A stretch of 64,000 nucleotides of DNA, taken from NCBI GenBank assembly GCA_963422375.2, contig OY729428.2:480001-544000 (forward strand). Reading direction: 5' to 3'. Shown here piece by piece: positions 19,881 to 30,448 of the stretch. This stretch comes from Bryobacterales bacterium (GTDB lineage Bacteria; Acidobacteriota; Terriglobia; Bryobacterales; UBA6623). The position numbers and the translations under genes were made by a program. Under the pieces are notes generated by a model that was given only the letters and a program-made list of their open reading frames with translations, did no database searches and was not told the origin of the DNA. How positions within the stretch are numbered: position 1 is the stretch's first letter; the number at the start of each line of letters is the position of its first letter.

Positions 19881-22313
19881 ATGCCGGCGGATCGATCTAT
19901 CGTGATCTGGCACAGGAAGCAGCTCGCAACCTGCGGCAGTCGACCAGCCCGACCAGCGGTGTCGTCGCGCCTCGGGCGGATCCCGGCAGCCGCGGCATGC
20001 CTGCTCGCGTTGCCGCTCGCGGCAGCGCCTGCCGGCGATCTGGACCGCGACGCATTCATCAGGCAGTACTGCGTCGCGTGCCACGGCGGCTCCGAGCCAG
20101 CCAGCGGCCTGAGCTTCGAGGGCCTGCCCGCGACCGACGCGTCGGCCCGGGCCGACGTGTGGGAAAGGGTCGTGCGGAAACTCTCGGCGGGTGAAATGCC
20201 GCCGCCCGGGGTGGCGCGACCCGACCGCGGAACGATCGATGCGTTCCGGTCCGGCCTAGTCCGGGAACTGGATGCCGCTGCACAGCGGGATCCCTACGCC
20301 GGGAGAGCCGTAATCCGCCGCTTGAACCGACTGGAATACGCAAACGCGATCCGCGACGTCCTAGGCCTTGAGGCCCCTGTAGCGAAAACTCTGCCGCCAG
20401 ACGGACAGGCAGCGGGCTTCGACAACATCGCCGATGCCCTGTCGATGTCCCCGCTCCTGCTGGAGCGATACCTGAAGGTGGCGCGACGCGTGAGCCGGCT
20501 GGCCTTGGGGGTCAGCGACCCCTCACCGGTAACGGAGACCTTCCGGGCCGGAGGGACCCAGGCGCAATGGCAGGGCGAGGGGATGCCGTACGGAACGCGC
20601 GGCGGCATCCGCGTCAAGCATCACTTTCCCTACGACGGGGAATACGAGCTGCGGGCGTTTCTCGAGAAGCAGAGCCTGACGCCGACGGAGGGAGTCCGGT
20701 TCTTCCGCACCCGAGTGCGGCTGCCGGCAGGTCCGCGCGTCGTGGTCGTGACCTTCCCCGACGAGTTCGCGGCCAGGGAAGGCCCGGTACTGAACGTCAG
20801 CGGCCCGGGCGGGCGGGCGCTGGGAGGCCCGCTGGACCTCCTCGGAACCGCGATCCGGCCCACCATCGACTTCCGAATAGACGGGCGGCGCGTAGAGCTG
20901 TTCGAAATCGCGGGCATGACCTCGGGCGAATCGGCCTTCGACGGCCTGCCCGGTCCCCCCGTGCTGGGCCGGATCGAAATCAGCGGCCCCTACGGGCCCA
21001 CGGCCGTCGGCGAGACGCCTAGCCGACGCCGGATCCTGACCTGCCGGCCCGCCACGCCCTCCGATGAGCCCGGATGCGCGTCGAAGATCCTTGCCGCGGT
21101 CGCCCGGCGGGCATTCCGTCGCGAGGTCGGCGACGCCGACATCCGGCCCCTGATGGCGACCTTCGCGGCAGCGAGGACGAGGGAACCCTTCGAGGCCGCG
21201 CTCGCCGTCGCGCTGCGAGACGTGCTGCTGGCCCCCGACTTCCTGTTCCGGCTCGAGTTCGACCGGGACCCGTCGGGCGGCCTGCACGAGGTCTCTGGGT
21301 TCGAGCTGGCCTCGCGCCTCTCGTTCTTCCTGTGGAGCAGCGTTCCGGACGACACATTGCTCGACCTTGCCGCCGGCGGCACCCTGCGGGACCCGGGCGA
21401 GCTGGAGCGTCAGGTGCGCCGGATGCTCGCGAGCCCGCGCGCCGCGACCCTGGCCGCCAGCTTCGCCTCGCAGTGGCTAGGCCTGCGCGAGTTGGGCAGG
21501 ACGCGCCCTGACAAGGAGGCCTATCCGCTGTTCGATTCGGCCCTGCTGGACGCATTCCGCCAGGAAACCCGCCTCTTCCTGCTGAGCGTCATCCGCGAGA
21601 ACCGCAGTATCCTCGACCTGCTCGGAGCCGACTACACCTATCTGAACGAGCGGCTGGCCCGCAACTACGGCATCGCGGGCGTCGTCGGGCCGGGGTTCCG
21701 CCGCGTCTCTCTCGCCGGCAATCCGCACAGGGGAGGGCTGCTGGGCCAAGGCAGCGTCCTCATGCTGACATCGCACTCCGCCAAGACCTCGCCGGTGCTG
21801 CGCGGCACCTGGATTCTCGACAGGCTCCTGAACTCGCCGCCGCCGCCGCCGCCGGCCGACGTGCCGCCGCTGGACGAAAGCGAGGTCGACGGCCGGGCCC
21901 TGACGACACGGGAGCAGGTGGAGCGGCACCGGGCGGATCCCGCTTGTGCGGCCTGCCACGACCGCATCGACCCGCTGGGATTCGCCTTGGAGAACTTCGA
22001 CGTACTGGGCCGCTGGCGCACGACAGACGGGGACGCGCCGGTCGAGGCGTCAGGGATCCTTCCGAGCGGCGAGACGTTCTCCGGCCCGGAGGGCCTTCGC
22101 CGGATCCTGCTCGGCCGCCCGCAGCGGTTCGCGAGCGCGACCGCCGAGCGCCTGCTGACGTTCGCGCTCGGGCGGGAACTGGACGCCCGGGACCAGCCGG
22201 CGGTGAGGCAGATCGTGCGAGAGACCGCGGCCGAAGGGTACCGCTTCCAGGATCTCGTCCTGGCCGTGGTCCGCAGTGTCCCGTTCCAGATGCGGCAGAC
22301 GCCGCAGAGCTAG
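19881..22313 (+). CDS. DUF1592/DUF1588-type (PSD domain) protein with cytochrome c motifs
   Basis: CVACH and CAACH; RRLNRLEYAN, ELASRLSFFLWSS, TSPVLRG and DPLGFALENFD motifs; start uncertain. Confidence 0.88.
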   Translation: MPADRSIVIWHRKQLATCGSRPARPAVSSRLGRIPAAAACLLALPLAAAPAGDLDRDAFIRQYCVACHGGSEPASGLSFEGLPATDASARADVWERVVRKLSAGEMPPPGVARPDRGTIDAFRSGLVRELDAAAQRDPYAGRAVIRRLNRLEYANAIRDVLGLEAPVAKTLPPDGQAAGFDNIADALSMSPLLLERYLKVARRVSRLALGVSDPSPVTETFRAGGTQAQWQGEGMPYGTRGGIRVKHHFPYDGEYELRAFLEKQSLTPTEGVRFFRTRVRLPAGPRVVVVTFPDEFAAREGPVLNVSGPGGRALGGPLDLLGTAIRPTIDFRIDGRRVELFEIAGMTSGESAFDGLPGPPVLGRIEISGPYGPTAVGETPSRRRILTCRPATPSDEPGCASKILAAVARRAFRREVGDADIRPLMATFAAARTREPFEAALAVALRDVLLAPDFLFRLEFDRDPSGGLHEVSGFELASRLSFFLWSSVPDDTLLDLAAGGTLRDPGELERQVRRMLASPRAATLAASFASQWLGLRELGRTRPDKEAYPLFDSALLDAFRQETRLFLLSVIRENRSILDLLGADYTYLNERLARNYGIAGVVGPGFRRVSLAGNPHRGGLLGQGSVLMLTSHSAKTSPVLRGTWILDRLLNSPPPPPPADVPPLDESEVDGRALTTREQVERHRADPACAACHDRIDPLGFALENFDVLGRWRTTDGDAPVEASGILPSGETFSGPEGLRRILLGRPQRFASATAERLLTFALGRELDARDQPAVRQIVRETAAEGYRFQDLVLAVVRSVPFQMRQTPQS

Positions 22314-22324
22314 GGGAGCTGACG

Positions 22325-23623
22325 ATGTTCATCACGAAAAAGCACCTTCCGCGGCGCACGTTCCTCCGCGGCGCGGGCACGGCGCTGGCTCTCCCGCTGC
22401 TCGACGCCATGGTTCCGGCGATGGCCGCCGAGCGGCTGACGGCGGCCGCTCCGGTCCGCCGCCTCGGATTCATCTACTTCCCCCTCGGCGTCGACCGGGA
22501 GCGCTGGCAACCGGAGGGCGCTGGCGACGGCTACCGCTTCAGCGAGGCGCTGGAGCCGCTGGCCGCGCACAGGGACAAGTTCGTCGTCCTAAGCGGCCTC
22601 TCGTCGGATCCCGACCGCAGCAAGGCGGGCTTTCACGATCGGGCCATGGCCTCCTTCATGACCGGCTGCGAGCCGACGGCCGGCCGGGTCCACGTGGGTA
22701 TCTCCGTCGACCAAGTGGCGGCCCGGTCGCTGGGCGGCGAGACGCAGTTCGCCTCGCTCGAGCTGACCACCGAGGACACCGGGAACCTGCCCGGCCCCGT
22801 TTTCAAGAGCGCCACGAATCCCCTGCCCTTCGAGAAGAACCCGCGCTTCGTCTTCGAGAGGCTCTTCGGCGAGGGCGGGCGGATCGACCCCGCCGCGTCC
22901 AGGCAGCGCGCTGCGGCCGAGCGCAGCGCGCTCGACGCCGTGGCCGGTCGGATCGCCGAACTGAAGGCGGACCTCGGCTCCGAGGACCGCCGCAAGCTGG
23001 ACGAGTACGTCGAATCGATTCGCGACGTGGAGCGCAGGATCGCCGTGGCGATGAAGAAGCCGCTGCCCGACCTGCCGGACACCCCGCGGCCTCCCGGCAT
23101 CCCCGACGCGTGGCCCGACCACGTGCGCCTGATGTTCGATCTGCAGGCGCTCGCCCTGCAGGCGGACCTGACGCGGGTCTGGACCTTCCTCTACGGGCGC
23201 GAGGCGACGTCGATGAATTTCCCGCACCTCGGCATCTCGATGGGGCATCACGAGATCTCGCACCACAACTTCGAGCGGGAGAAGCTGGACGCCCTGGCCG
23301 AGATCAACGTCGACCAGACCGGGCTGCTCGCCTATTTCCTGGCACGGCTCGACGCGATCGCGGAGGGCGGCTCGACGCTGCTGGACCGGTCGCTGATCAT
23401 GTACGCCAGCAGCCTGAGCGTGCCGACGAGCCACAGCCAGCGGAACCTGCCGGTCCTGCTGGCCGGCGGTGCGGCCGGGCGGGTCGCCGGCGGACGCCAC
23501 GTGGCCTATCCGGGCGACACCACGCCCCTGACCAACCTCTACCTGACCATGCTGGACAAGGTTGGCGTGCCGACGGAAAAGCTGGGCGACAGCACGGGCA
23601 GGCTCAACCGCGTGGAGGTCTAG
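22325..23623 (+). CDS. DUF1552 (HXXSHH) protein with Tat signal
   Basis: MFITKKHLPRRTFLRG...LPLLDAM; GHHEISHH; ATG 22325 preceded by GGGGAG. Confidence 0.9.
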   Translation: MFITKKHLPRRTFLRGAGTALALPLLDAMVPAMAAERLTAAAPVRRLGFIYFPLGVDRERWQPEGAGDGYRFSEALEPLAAHRDKFVVLSGLSSDPDRSKAGFHDRAMASFMTGCEPTAGRVHVGISVDQVAARSLGGETQFASLELTTEDTGNLPGPVFKSATNPLPFEKNPRFVFERLFGEGGRIDPAASRQRAAAERSALDAVAGRIAELKADLGSEDRRKLDEYVESIRDVERRIAVAMKKPLPDLPDTPRPPGIPDAWPDHVRLMFDLQALALQADLTRVWTFLYGREATSMNFPHLGISMGHHEISHHNFEREKLDALAEINVDQTGLLAYFLARLDAIAEGGSTLLDRSLIMYASSLSVPTSHSQRNLPVLLAGGAAGRVAGGRHVAYPGDTTPLTNLYLTMLDKVGVPTEKLGDSTGRLNRVEV

Positions 23624-23627
23624 AGCC

Positions 23628-25349
23628 GTGCGCGCAAGTCTCGTCGCGAAGGCACTGGCCGCGGCCTGGCTCGCGACGCCGTGCATGCTCGCCGCGGCCA
23701 CCGGGCAGGCGCTCGTGAGCGCGGCGCGCGCCGACGACGCGGCGACCCTAGCGGCCCTGCTGGAGCGGGGGGCGGACGCGAACGCGCGGGATGCCGACGG
23801 CGCAACGGCGCTCGCCTGGGCTGCGATTCGCGGCAGCGCCGCCGCGGCCGAGCTGCTGCTGGAGGCGGGGGCCGACCCCGACCTGGCCAACGCTCTCGGA
23901 ATCGTCCCGCTCGCGCTGGCCATCGAGAACGGCGCGACGGACGTGGCGCGGATCCTGCTGCAGCGCGCCGACCCGAACCGCGCGAGGGAGGGCGGCGAGA
24001 CGCCCCTGATGACCGCGGCGCGCCTCGGCCGCGTCGACCTGATGCAGCTGCTGCTCGAGCGGGGCGCGGACCCGAACGCCCGCGAGAAGCGTTTCGGCCA
24101 GACGGCCCTGATGTGGGCGGCGGGGAACGCGCCAGCAGTGCGGCTCCTCGTCGGGAACGGAGCCGACCTCCGGGCGACGACCAAGGCCTGGGACGTGCTG
24201 TACACGATCTACGCCCCCACGAGCTTCACGCTGGGCAAGACCGGCATCCCCTGGAACACCGACGGGGAGTTCGTCAGCAAGCGCGGAGGCCAGTCCGCGC
24301 TGCTTTTCGCCGTACGGGAACGCCAAGTGGAGTCCGCCCGCATCCTGCTCGACGCCGGACTCGACGTCAACGGGACCGCGGCGGACGGCACCACACCGCT
24401 ACTGGCGGCCCTGTATAACTGGGTTCCCCTGGCCGCGGACTTCGTGCCCGGCAAGGGAGCCCCGGCCAGCGCCGGCAGCTCGCAGCGGTTCGCGCCCAGC
24501 CTGGACATGGCGAGGCTGCTGCTCAAGCGCGGCGCCCGCGCCGCGGCGGCGGACGCAGCCGGCTACACGCCGCTCCACGCGGCGGCTCTGGCGGCGGCGT
24601 GGGCAGCGAGGGCAGCGGACCGAGGCGGCTCCGGCGCGTACCGCCGGGCGCCCGCCCTGCTGAGCCTGAACCACACCCGAAGCGGCGAGTCTCCGTTCGG
24701 TCCGGACGAGGCGCTGGAGGTCGTGGCCCTGCTTCTCGCGGACGGCGCAGAGCCGAACCGGCAGACCCTGTTCCCGACCCCGGGGCCTGCGGGCGACGTG
24801 AGAATCAATCCCGCGCCCCCCGGGTCGTCGGCGCTCCACATCGGCGCGAACTCGGGCAGCGCGGCGCTCGTCCGCATGCTGCTGAACGCCGGCGGCGACC
24901 CGAACCTGGTTCGCAAGGACGGCCACTCGCCGTTCTCGGTGGCGGTCGTCGCGGGCGACTTGCCGGCTATCAAGGCGATGGTCGCGGGAGGCGCGGACCT
25001 CTCGGCCCGCTACGACCCGGACGACCGGTACGCGGACCCGGTGAAGGCCGTCAGCCTGCCCCGCCAGGGCCAGACGATCGTGCATATCGCCGCCGGAACG
25101 CTGGCACCGGACGTCGTCGAGTACCTCCATTCCCAAGGCGCCCCGGTTGACTGGAAGAACGCGCAAGGCGAGACGCCGCTCGACCTCGCGGACCATCAGG
25201 AACGGTTCACGGAGGCGCTCGAGCGGCAGGGAGCCGACGGCGATCCGGAGCGCCTGCAGGCAGTCGAGAGGCCCGTCGAAACTACGGACGCGCTCAAGCG
25301 GATCCTCGCCGGGCGCAGCGAGCCCGGCGCACCCGACGTCGCCCGATGA
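23628..25349 (+). CDS. Secreted ankyrin-repeat protein
   Basis: Multiple G.TAL/TPL..AA ankyrin repeats; signal-peptide-like N-terminus. Confidence 0.88.
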   Translation: MRASLVAKALAAAWLATPCMLAAATGQALVSAARADDAATLAALLERGADANARDADGATALAWAAIRGSAAAAELLLEAGADPDLANALGIVPLALAIENGATDVARILLQRADPNRAREGGETPLMTAARLGRVDLMQLLLERGADPNAREKRFGQTALMWAAGNAPAVRLLVGNGADLRATTKAWDVLYTIYAPTSFTLGKTGIPWNTDGEFVSKRGGQSALLFAVRERQVESARILLDAGLDVNGTAADGTTPLLAALYNWVPLAADFVPGKGAPASAGSSQRFAPSLDMARLLLKRGARAAAADAAGYTPLHAAALAAAWAARAADRGGSGAYRRAPALLSLNHTRSGESPFGPDEALEVVALLLADGAEPNRQTLFPTPGPAGDVRINPAPPGSSALHIGANSGSAALVRMLLNAGGDPNLVRKDGHSPFSVAVVAGDLPAIKAMVAGGADLSARYDPDDRYADPVKAVSLPRQGQTIVHIAAGTLAPDVVEYLHSQGAPVDWKNAQGETPLDLADHQERFTEALERQGADGDPERLQAVERPVETTDALKRILAGRSEPGAPDVAR

Positions 25350-25586
25350 GGCGCGGTACGCGCGACCTCCGGCAGGCCTCGCCCGGGCGGGCCCGGAAGG
25401 CCCGGTTCCGCCGATTCCCGAGATCCTGGGCGGATTACCGCTTGACGTGGAACTGGACATGCAGCATACTGCGGGCGATCGGGCCGAGCAGCAGCTCGCA
25501 GAGGATTCTCGCGGACGCGGCGCGTGGGATGCGCCGCGCCGGACGACAAGGCCAGCGCTGCGGCTGCGGCCCGCACGGGGGGGCGT

Positions 25587-28500
25587 ATGAAACGCATTCT
25601 TCTCGCGGCGATAGCCGCTTTCTCGCTCGCTGGCGGAACGTACGCGCAAACTTCGGCAGGGTCGATTTCGGGCTTGGTGACGGACTCGTCGGGAGCAGTC
25701 GTGCCCGGCGTCGCCATCGACGTGACCGATATCGACCGCAACGTGAGCATCAAGACATCGACGAACGAGGCCGGGTTCTACGTGGCGACGCCGCTTCCGC
25801 CGGGCCGCTACCGCATCACCGCCGAGAGCGATGGGTTCCGGGGCTACGTGCTAGAGCCGTTCCCGATCGCGACGCAGCAGAAGGCCGGCCTCGACATCGA
25901 GCTCGAGCTGGGCCAGGTCACGGAGTCGATCACCGTCGCCGGCACGGCTCAGCTGATCGAGGCCACCAACTCGACGCTCAGCGGAGTCGTCGAGAACAAG
26001 CAGATCATGGACCTGCCGCTAAACGGCCGCAACGTGTACTCGCTCGCGGTGCTCACCCCGGGCGTCTTCACGCGGGATCCGGCGAGGGGCAAGTTCCGCG
26101 AGGGCTTCCATTCCATCGGCATATTCCAGGTCAACGGAGGCCGCGACTCGAGCAACATGATCATGATGGACGGCGTCCCGGTCACGATGAACTCGAACAC
26201 CAACAACATGAATGCCAACAGCGCCCTGCCGACGATCGAAGGGATCGAGGAGTTCCGCATCCAGACGAACTCCTACTCGGCGGAGTACGGTCGCAGCGGC
26301 GGCGGCGTGCTCACCATGACCACGAAGTCGGGCACCAACGAGCTGCACGGCACGGCGTTCGACTTCCTGCGCAACAACAAGATGGACTCGAACAACTTCT
26401 TCGCGAATCGCGCGGGGAACAAGCTCGGCACGTTCCAGCGCAACGAGTTCGGCTTCAGCGTGGGCGGCCCGATCGTCAAGAACCGGACGTTCTTCTTCGA
26501 GGCCTACGAGGGCCGGCGCCAGCGCAGCCAGGCCGTTCGGAACCTGACGCTGCCGACGGCGCTCCAGAAGGCCGGCGACTTCTCCGAGACGCTGAACTCG
26601 GCCGGCGAGGTGCGGACGATCTTCGATCCCCAGTCGACGCGGCCCGACGGCAGCAATCCCGGCCAGTTCCTGCGGGATCCGTTTCCTGACAACCGGATTC
26701 CCGCCGCGGCCATGGACCCGGTGGCGCTCGCGACGGCGGGCTACTACGGAGCCGAGCCGAACGTGCAAGGGCAGCCCTTCACGGGCCGCAACAACTTCCA
26801 GTTCGCCGGCGGGCAACCTAACGACTCGAATCGCAATGTATTCAAGGTCGACCACCAGATCAGCCAGAACCAGCGGATTTTCGTGCGCCACACCTTGCTG
26901 GACGTAGTGAGCTCGGCACCGGAGCTGTGGGAGGGGCCGGGCTGCCCCGACGGCGGCTGCTTCACCAACAACGAGGCGCTCAACAACGGGGCCTTCGAGT
27001 ACAGCAACACCCTGACGCCGACGTCCCTGCTCAGCCTGCGCTACGGCTTCGCGCGATCCATCCTCGACCGCGGCTCGTGGTTCCAGGGCTTCGAGCCGGC
27101 CGAGCTCGGCCTGCCGAAGCACATCCAGAACGGAGCGGACCTGCTGGTGTTTCCGGAGTTCAACATCGAGGAGATGACCGCTCCGGGCCTGCGGCACCAC
27201 TGGAACTTCCGCTCCGCCAACATGTCCCACACGCTCAACGCCACCTATTCCAAGGTCGTCGGCAGCCACAACATCAAGGCCGGCGGCGAGTGGCGCGTCA
27301 ACCTGATCAATCACATGCAGGCGTCGTGGCAGATGTACTACCAGTTCACGCGCGGCATGACGCAGGGGCCGGACCCGCGCACGGTCTCGGCGAGCGCAGG
27401 GTTCGGCTACGCCTCGTTCCTGCTGGGGACCGGCGCGAACGGCCGCGTCAACAACCGCATCCGGCCGGCCTTCTCCAGCAAGTCCTTCGGCGGGTACATC
27501 CAGGACGACTGGAAGGTTTCCCGCAAGCTCGCCCTGAACCTCGGCGTGCGCTGGGACGCCGAGACGGGCTTGACAGAGCGCTACGACCGCTTCTCGGTCT
27601 TCGACCCCGACGTGCGCAGTCCGCTGAGCGACGCCTCGGGGCTGGATCTCCGCGGCGGCTGGCGGTTCCCCGGGCACGACCTGGAGACCGGCCGGAACCT
27701 GCGCAACCCCGAGTGGAATAACTTCGGCCCCCGTCTGGGCCTGGCTTACGAGGCCCTCACTGGAACCGTGATCCGGATCGGGTACGGCATCTTCTTCGCC
27801 ATGGCGCCGTGGGGCGCCAACTTCTACCCGACCTCGCCCTTCGCGACGACCACGCCGTGGCTGGCCTCGCTGGACGGCGTGAACCCGCACCACAGGCTCC
27901 GCGACCCCTTCCCCGACGGTGTCATCCTGCCCCCGGGCGCCGGCGGCGGGCTGACCTCGGGCAACGGGCTGCACGGGAACGGACCGGTGCCCTCGGTCAT
28001 GGCCACTCCCTACAACCAGCAGTGGAACTTCACGATCGCCCAGCAGTTCGGCCCGCGGACCGCCGTGGAAGTGGCCTACGCAGGCAACAAGGGCACGCAT
28101 ATCCCCTTCCGCCACGGCTGGCAGATGGACCAGCTGCATCCCAATCACATCAGCCCGGATGCAGGCATCCTCGACCTGGTGGACAACCCGCTCCACGGCG
28201 TGGTGCCGGTCGGCGTGCTGTCCCAGCCCAGGGTGCAGCGGGGCCAGCTGCTGACCCCCTACCCGCAGTTCCCGGGCGTGGTCCATTCCGCGCCGGGATG
28301 GGGCAACACGATCTACCACTCCATGCAAGCCAAGTTCACCAAGCGGTTCGACGGAGGCGGCAACGCGGTCATCGCCTACACCCTCTCCAAGCTCATCTCC
28401 GACGGCAGCGACAATGCCTGGACCTCGGCGACCTGGCGCAACTACTACTGCCGGAGCTGCGATAAGTCGCTGTCTCCGTACGATCAGCGCCAGCGCCTGA

Positions 28501-29030
28501 TCGGGAGCTTCACCTACGAGCTTCCCTTCGGCCGGGGCAAGCAGCTCGGCAGCGGCTGGAGCGGCCCGCTCAACGCGGTGCTCGGCCAGTGGCAGGTCAA
28601 CGGGATCGCCACGCTGAACAGCGGGCTGCCGCTGCGGATGTCCGTGCCGGGCAACACGAGCCACTCATTCGGCGGCCGCCAGTTCCCGGACTCGACCGGG
28701 GTGGACGGACGCATGGACAACCCGACCATCGCAAGGTGGTTCGACACGGACCAGTTCGCGATCCCCGAGCCCTTCACCTTCGGCACCCTCGGCCGGGTCC
28801 ACTCGACGATTCGGGCCGACTTCGTCGAATCGCTGGACTTCTCCATCTTCAAGAGCTTCCGCATCGGGGAGAGGGTCACGACGCAGTTCCGCGCCGAGTG
28901 GTTCAACGCCCTGAACCATCCGATCTTCAACAACCCCGGGACCCAGGTCGGCACGGGCGGATTCGGCCGGGTCGCGGCGCAAGCCAACCTGCCGCGACAG
29001 ACGCAGCTGGCGCTGAAGGTGATCTTCTGA
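25587..29030 (+). CDS. TonB-dependent receptor with carboxypeptidase-regulatory-like domain
   Basis: Signal peptide; GSISGLVTDSSGAVVPG, LPLNGRN, EEFRIQTN and TKSGTN motifs; C-terminal Phe (LKVIF). Confidence 0.93.
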   Translation: MKRILLAAIAAFSLAGGTYAQTSAGSISGLVTDSSGAVVPGVAIDVTDIDRNVSIKTSTNEAGFYVATPLPPGRYRITAESDGFRGYVLEPFPIATQQKAGLDIELELGQVTESITVAGTAQLIEATNSTLSGVVENKQIMDLPLNGRNVYSLAVLTPGVFTRDPARGKFREGFHSIGIFQVNGGRDSSNMIMMDGVPVTMNSNTNNMNANSALPTIEGIEEFRIQTNSYSAEYGRSGGGVLTMTTKSGTNELHGTAFDFLRNNKMDSNNFFANRAGNKLGTFQRNEFGFSVGGPIVKNRTFFFEAYEGRRQRSQAVRNLTLPTALQKAGDFSETLNSAGEVRTIFDPQSTRPDGSNPGQFLRDPFPDNRIPAAAMDPVALATAGYYGAEPNVQGQPFTGRNNFQFAGGQPNDSNRNVFKVDHQISQNQRIFVRHTLLDVVSSAPELWEGPGCPDGGCFTNNEALNNGAFEYSNTLTPTSLLSLRYGFARSILDRGSWFQGFEPAELGLPKHIQNGADLLVFPEFNIEEMTAPGLRHHWNFRSANMSHTLNATYSKVVGSHNIKAGGEWRVNLINHMQASWQMYYQFTRGMTQGPDPRTVSASAGFGYASFLLGTGANGRVNNRIRPAFSSKSFGGYIQDDWKVSRKLALNLGVRWDAETGLTERYDRFSVFDPDVRSPLSDASGLDLRGGWRFPGHDLETGRNLRNPEWNNFGPRLGLAYEALTGTVIRIGYGIFFAMAPWGANFYPTSPFATTTPWLASLDGVNPHHRLRDPFPDGVILPPGAGGGLTSGNGLHGNGPVPSVMATPYNQQWNFTIAQQFGPRTAVEVAYAGNKGTHIPFRHGWQMDQLHPNHISPDAGILDLVDNPLHGVVPVGVLSQPRVQRGQLLTPYPQFPGVVHSAPGWGNTIYHSMQAKFTKRFDGGGNAVIAYTLSKLISDGSDNAWTSATWRNYYCRSCDKSLSPYDQRQRLIGSFTYELPFGRGKQLGSGWSGPLNAVLGQWQVNGIATLNSGLPLRMSVPGNTSHSFGGRQFPDSTGVDGRMDNPTIARWFDTDQFAIPEPFTFGTLGRVHSTIRADFVESLDFSIFKSFRIGERVTTQFRAEWFNALNHPIFNNPGTQVGTGGFGRVAAQANLPRQTQLALKVIF

Positions 29031-29061
29031 AGCCGGCCTGACCCGCGCACAACCGCCGCGG

Positions 29062-29080
29062 CGGGCGGGAAGCCCGCCCG
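29062..29080. terminator. GC hairpin between convergent genes
   Basis: CGGGCGGG-AAG-CCCGCCCG; no U-tract. Confidence 0.35.
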
Positions 29081-29084
29081 GCGG

Positions 29085-30326
29085 CTAGGCCACCGGCTCG
29101 AGGTCCCAGCCGAAGCCCGGGCCGTCAGACGGGCGGGTGTAGATCCCTTCCGGCCCTCGGGTGAGGCTGTTGTCCTGCTCGTAGCGCTCGTAGACCACGT
29201 CCGGCCCGCCGGGCGCGGGCATGAACATCTCCGCCCACGGGGCGTTGGGAGTGGCGTAGATGAAATGGACCGCGTCGCGCTGGCCGCCGCCGTGCGGAAT
29301 GACCGGAATGTCGTGGGCGGCCGCCATGTGCGCGATCTTGACCAGTTCACTCATGCCGCCGCACCAGTGAATGTCCGGCTGCCAGATTTCGGCGCCGTTG
29401 ACCCGCAGCAGCTGCCGGAAGCCGTAGCGCGTGTAGACGTGCTCGCCTGTCACGATGCGGGTCGACCGTATGGCTTGGCGGAGCCTGCCGAAACCCTCGT
29501 AGTCGTCCGGGGACAGGGCCTCCTCGATCCAGTAGACGCCGTACGGCTCGAACGCCTCGGCCAGCTCGAGCGTGTACCGCTCGGTCAGGGCCATCCAGCA
29601 GTCCATCATCACGTCGCCGTCGTCCCCGACCGCCGCCCGGGCGCGCTTGACGAGCTCGACGTTCTTGCGAATGCCCTCCCGGCCGTCGGCCGGACCGTGG
29701 GGCAGGGCGAGCTTGAGCCGCTTGTAGCCGAACTCGACGTGCTGCTCGATGTCGTTGCCCGTGCAGTAGCACGGGATGCGGGGATGAATCCTGCCGCCCA
29801 GCAGGCGCCATACCGGCGCGTCCCAGACCTTCCCGGCGATGTCCCAGAGAGCGATGTCGACGCCGGAGATGGCGTTGATCACGGTGCCCTTGCGCCCGTA
29901 GGACATGGTCGCGCGCCACAGGATGTCCCAGAGGCGCTCGATGTCGAGCGGGTTCTCGTCCATGACGAGCCGCGCGAGGTGGTCCTCGACGATCACGCCG
30001 CCGCCGGGCCCGCCCGGGCCGTAGCCCTTGACTCCCTTGTTCGTGGAGATCTCGACCCAGAAGCTGCCGGCCCGCGGGCCCGTGGCGCGGAAGAGGCTCC
30101 GCATAGGCTTGTACTTCGGATAGATCGAGACCGGGTTGGCGACCTCGACGCCGCCCGTCGACCACGAGCCGGGCGCGGGCTCGTATCCGGGCACTGGGCG
30201 CCGGCGCCGCATCCGGACCAGCCGGACGCCCGTGATCCGCAGGTCGTCCTCGACGCGGGCGAACGCCGGAAACGCGAGAGGCGCGGCAGCGGCCGACGCC
30301 ATGGCTAGGAATTGCCGACGGTTCAT
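29085..30326 (-). CDS. Mandelate racemase/enolase-superfamily acid-sugar dehydratase (L-rhamnonate dehydratase-like) with Tat signal
   Basis: NAISGVDIALWD, MMDCW, WIEE, TGEH, QPD and IPHG motifs; N-terminal RRQFL. Confidence 0.85.
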   Translation of the reverse strand: MNRRQFLAMASAAAAPLAFPAFARVEDDLRITGVRLVRMRRRRPVPGYEPAPGSWSTGGVEVANPVSIYPKYKPMRSLFRATGPRAGSFWVEISTNKGVKGYGPGGPGGGVIVEDHLARLVMDENPLDIERLWDILWRATMSYGRKGTVINAISGVDIALWDIAGKVWDAPVWRLLGGRIHPRIPCYCTGNDIEQHVEFGYKRLKLALPHGPADGREGIRKNVELVKRARAAVGDDGDVMMDCWMALTERYTLELAEAFEPYGVYWIEEALSPDDYEGFGRLRQAIRSTRIVTGEHVYTRYGFRQLLRVNGAEIWQPDIHWCGGMSELVKIAHMAAAHDIPVIPHGGGQRDAVHFIYATPNAPWAEMFMPAPGGPDVVYERYEQDNSLTRGPEGIYTRPSDGPGFGWDLEPVA

Positions 30327-30448
30327 CGCTTGAATCTCCCTTCGCGCCCTAGCGGGCCTGGACTTCGCCAGATCCAGCGAGCCGCGCGAGGGAATCCGGC
30401 GGGCCTAGAGGATCGTGCAGCCCAAGGCTAGCACGCGACCGGCCGCGC

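Noticed and set aside
26019..28664. 881-aa minus-strand ORF (also 44731-47394, 49703-51793, 22589-24205)
   Set aside because: Shadow or alternative-frame ORFs over well-supported genes in GC-rich DNA, with no motifs
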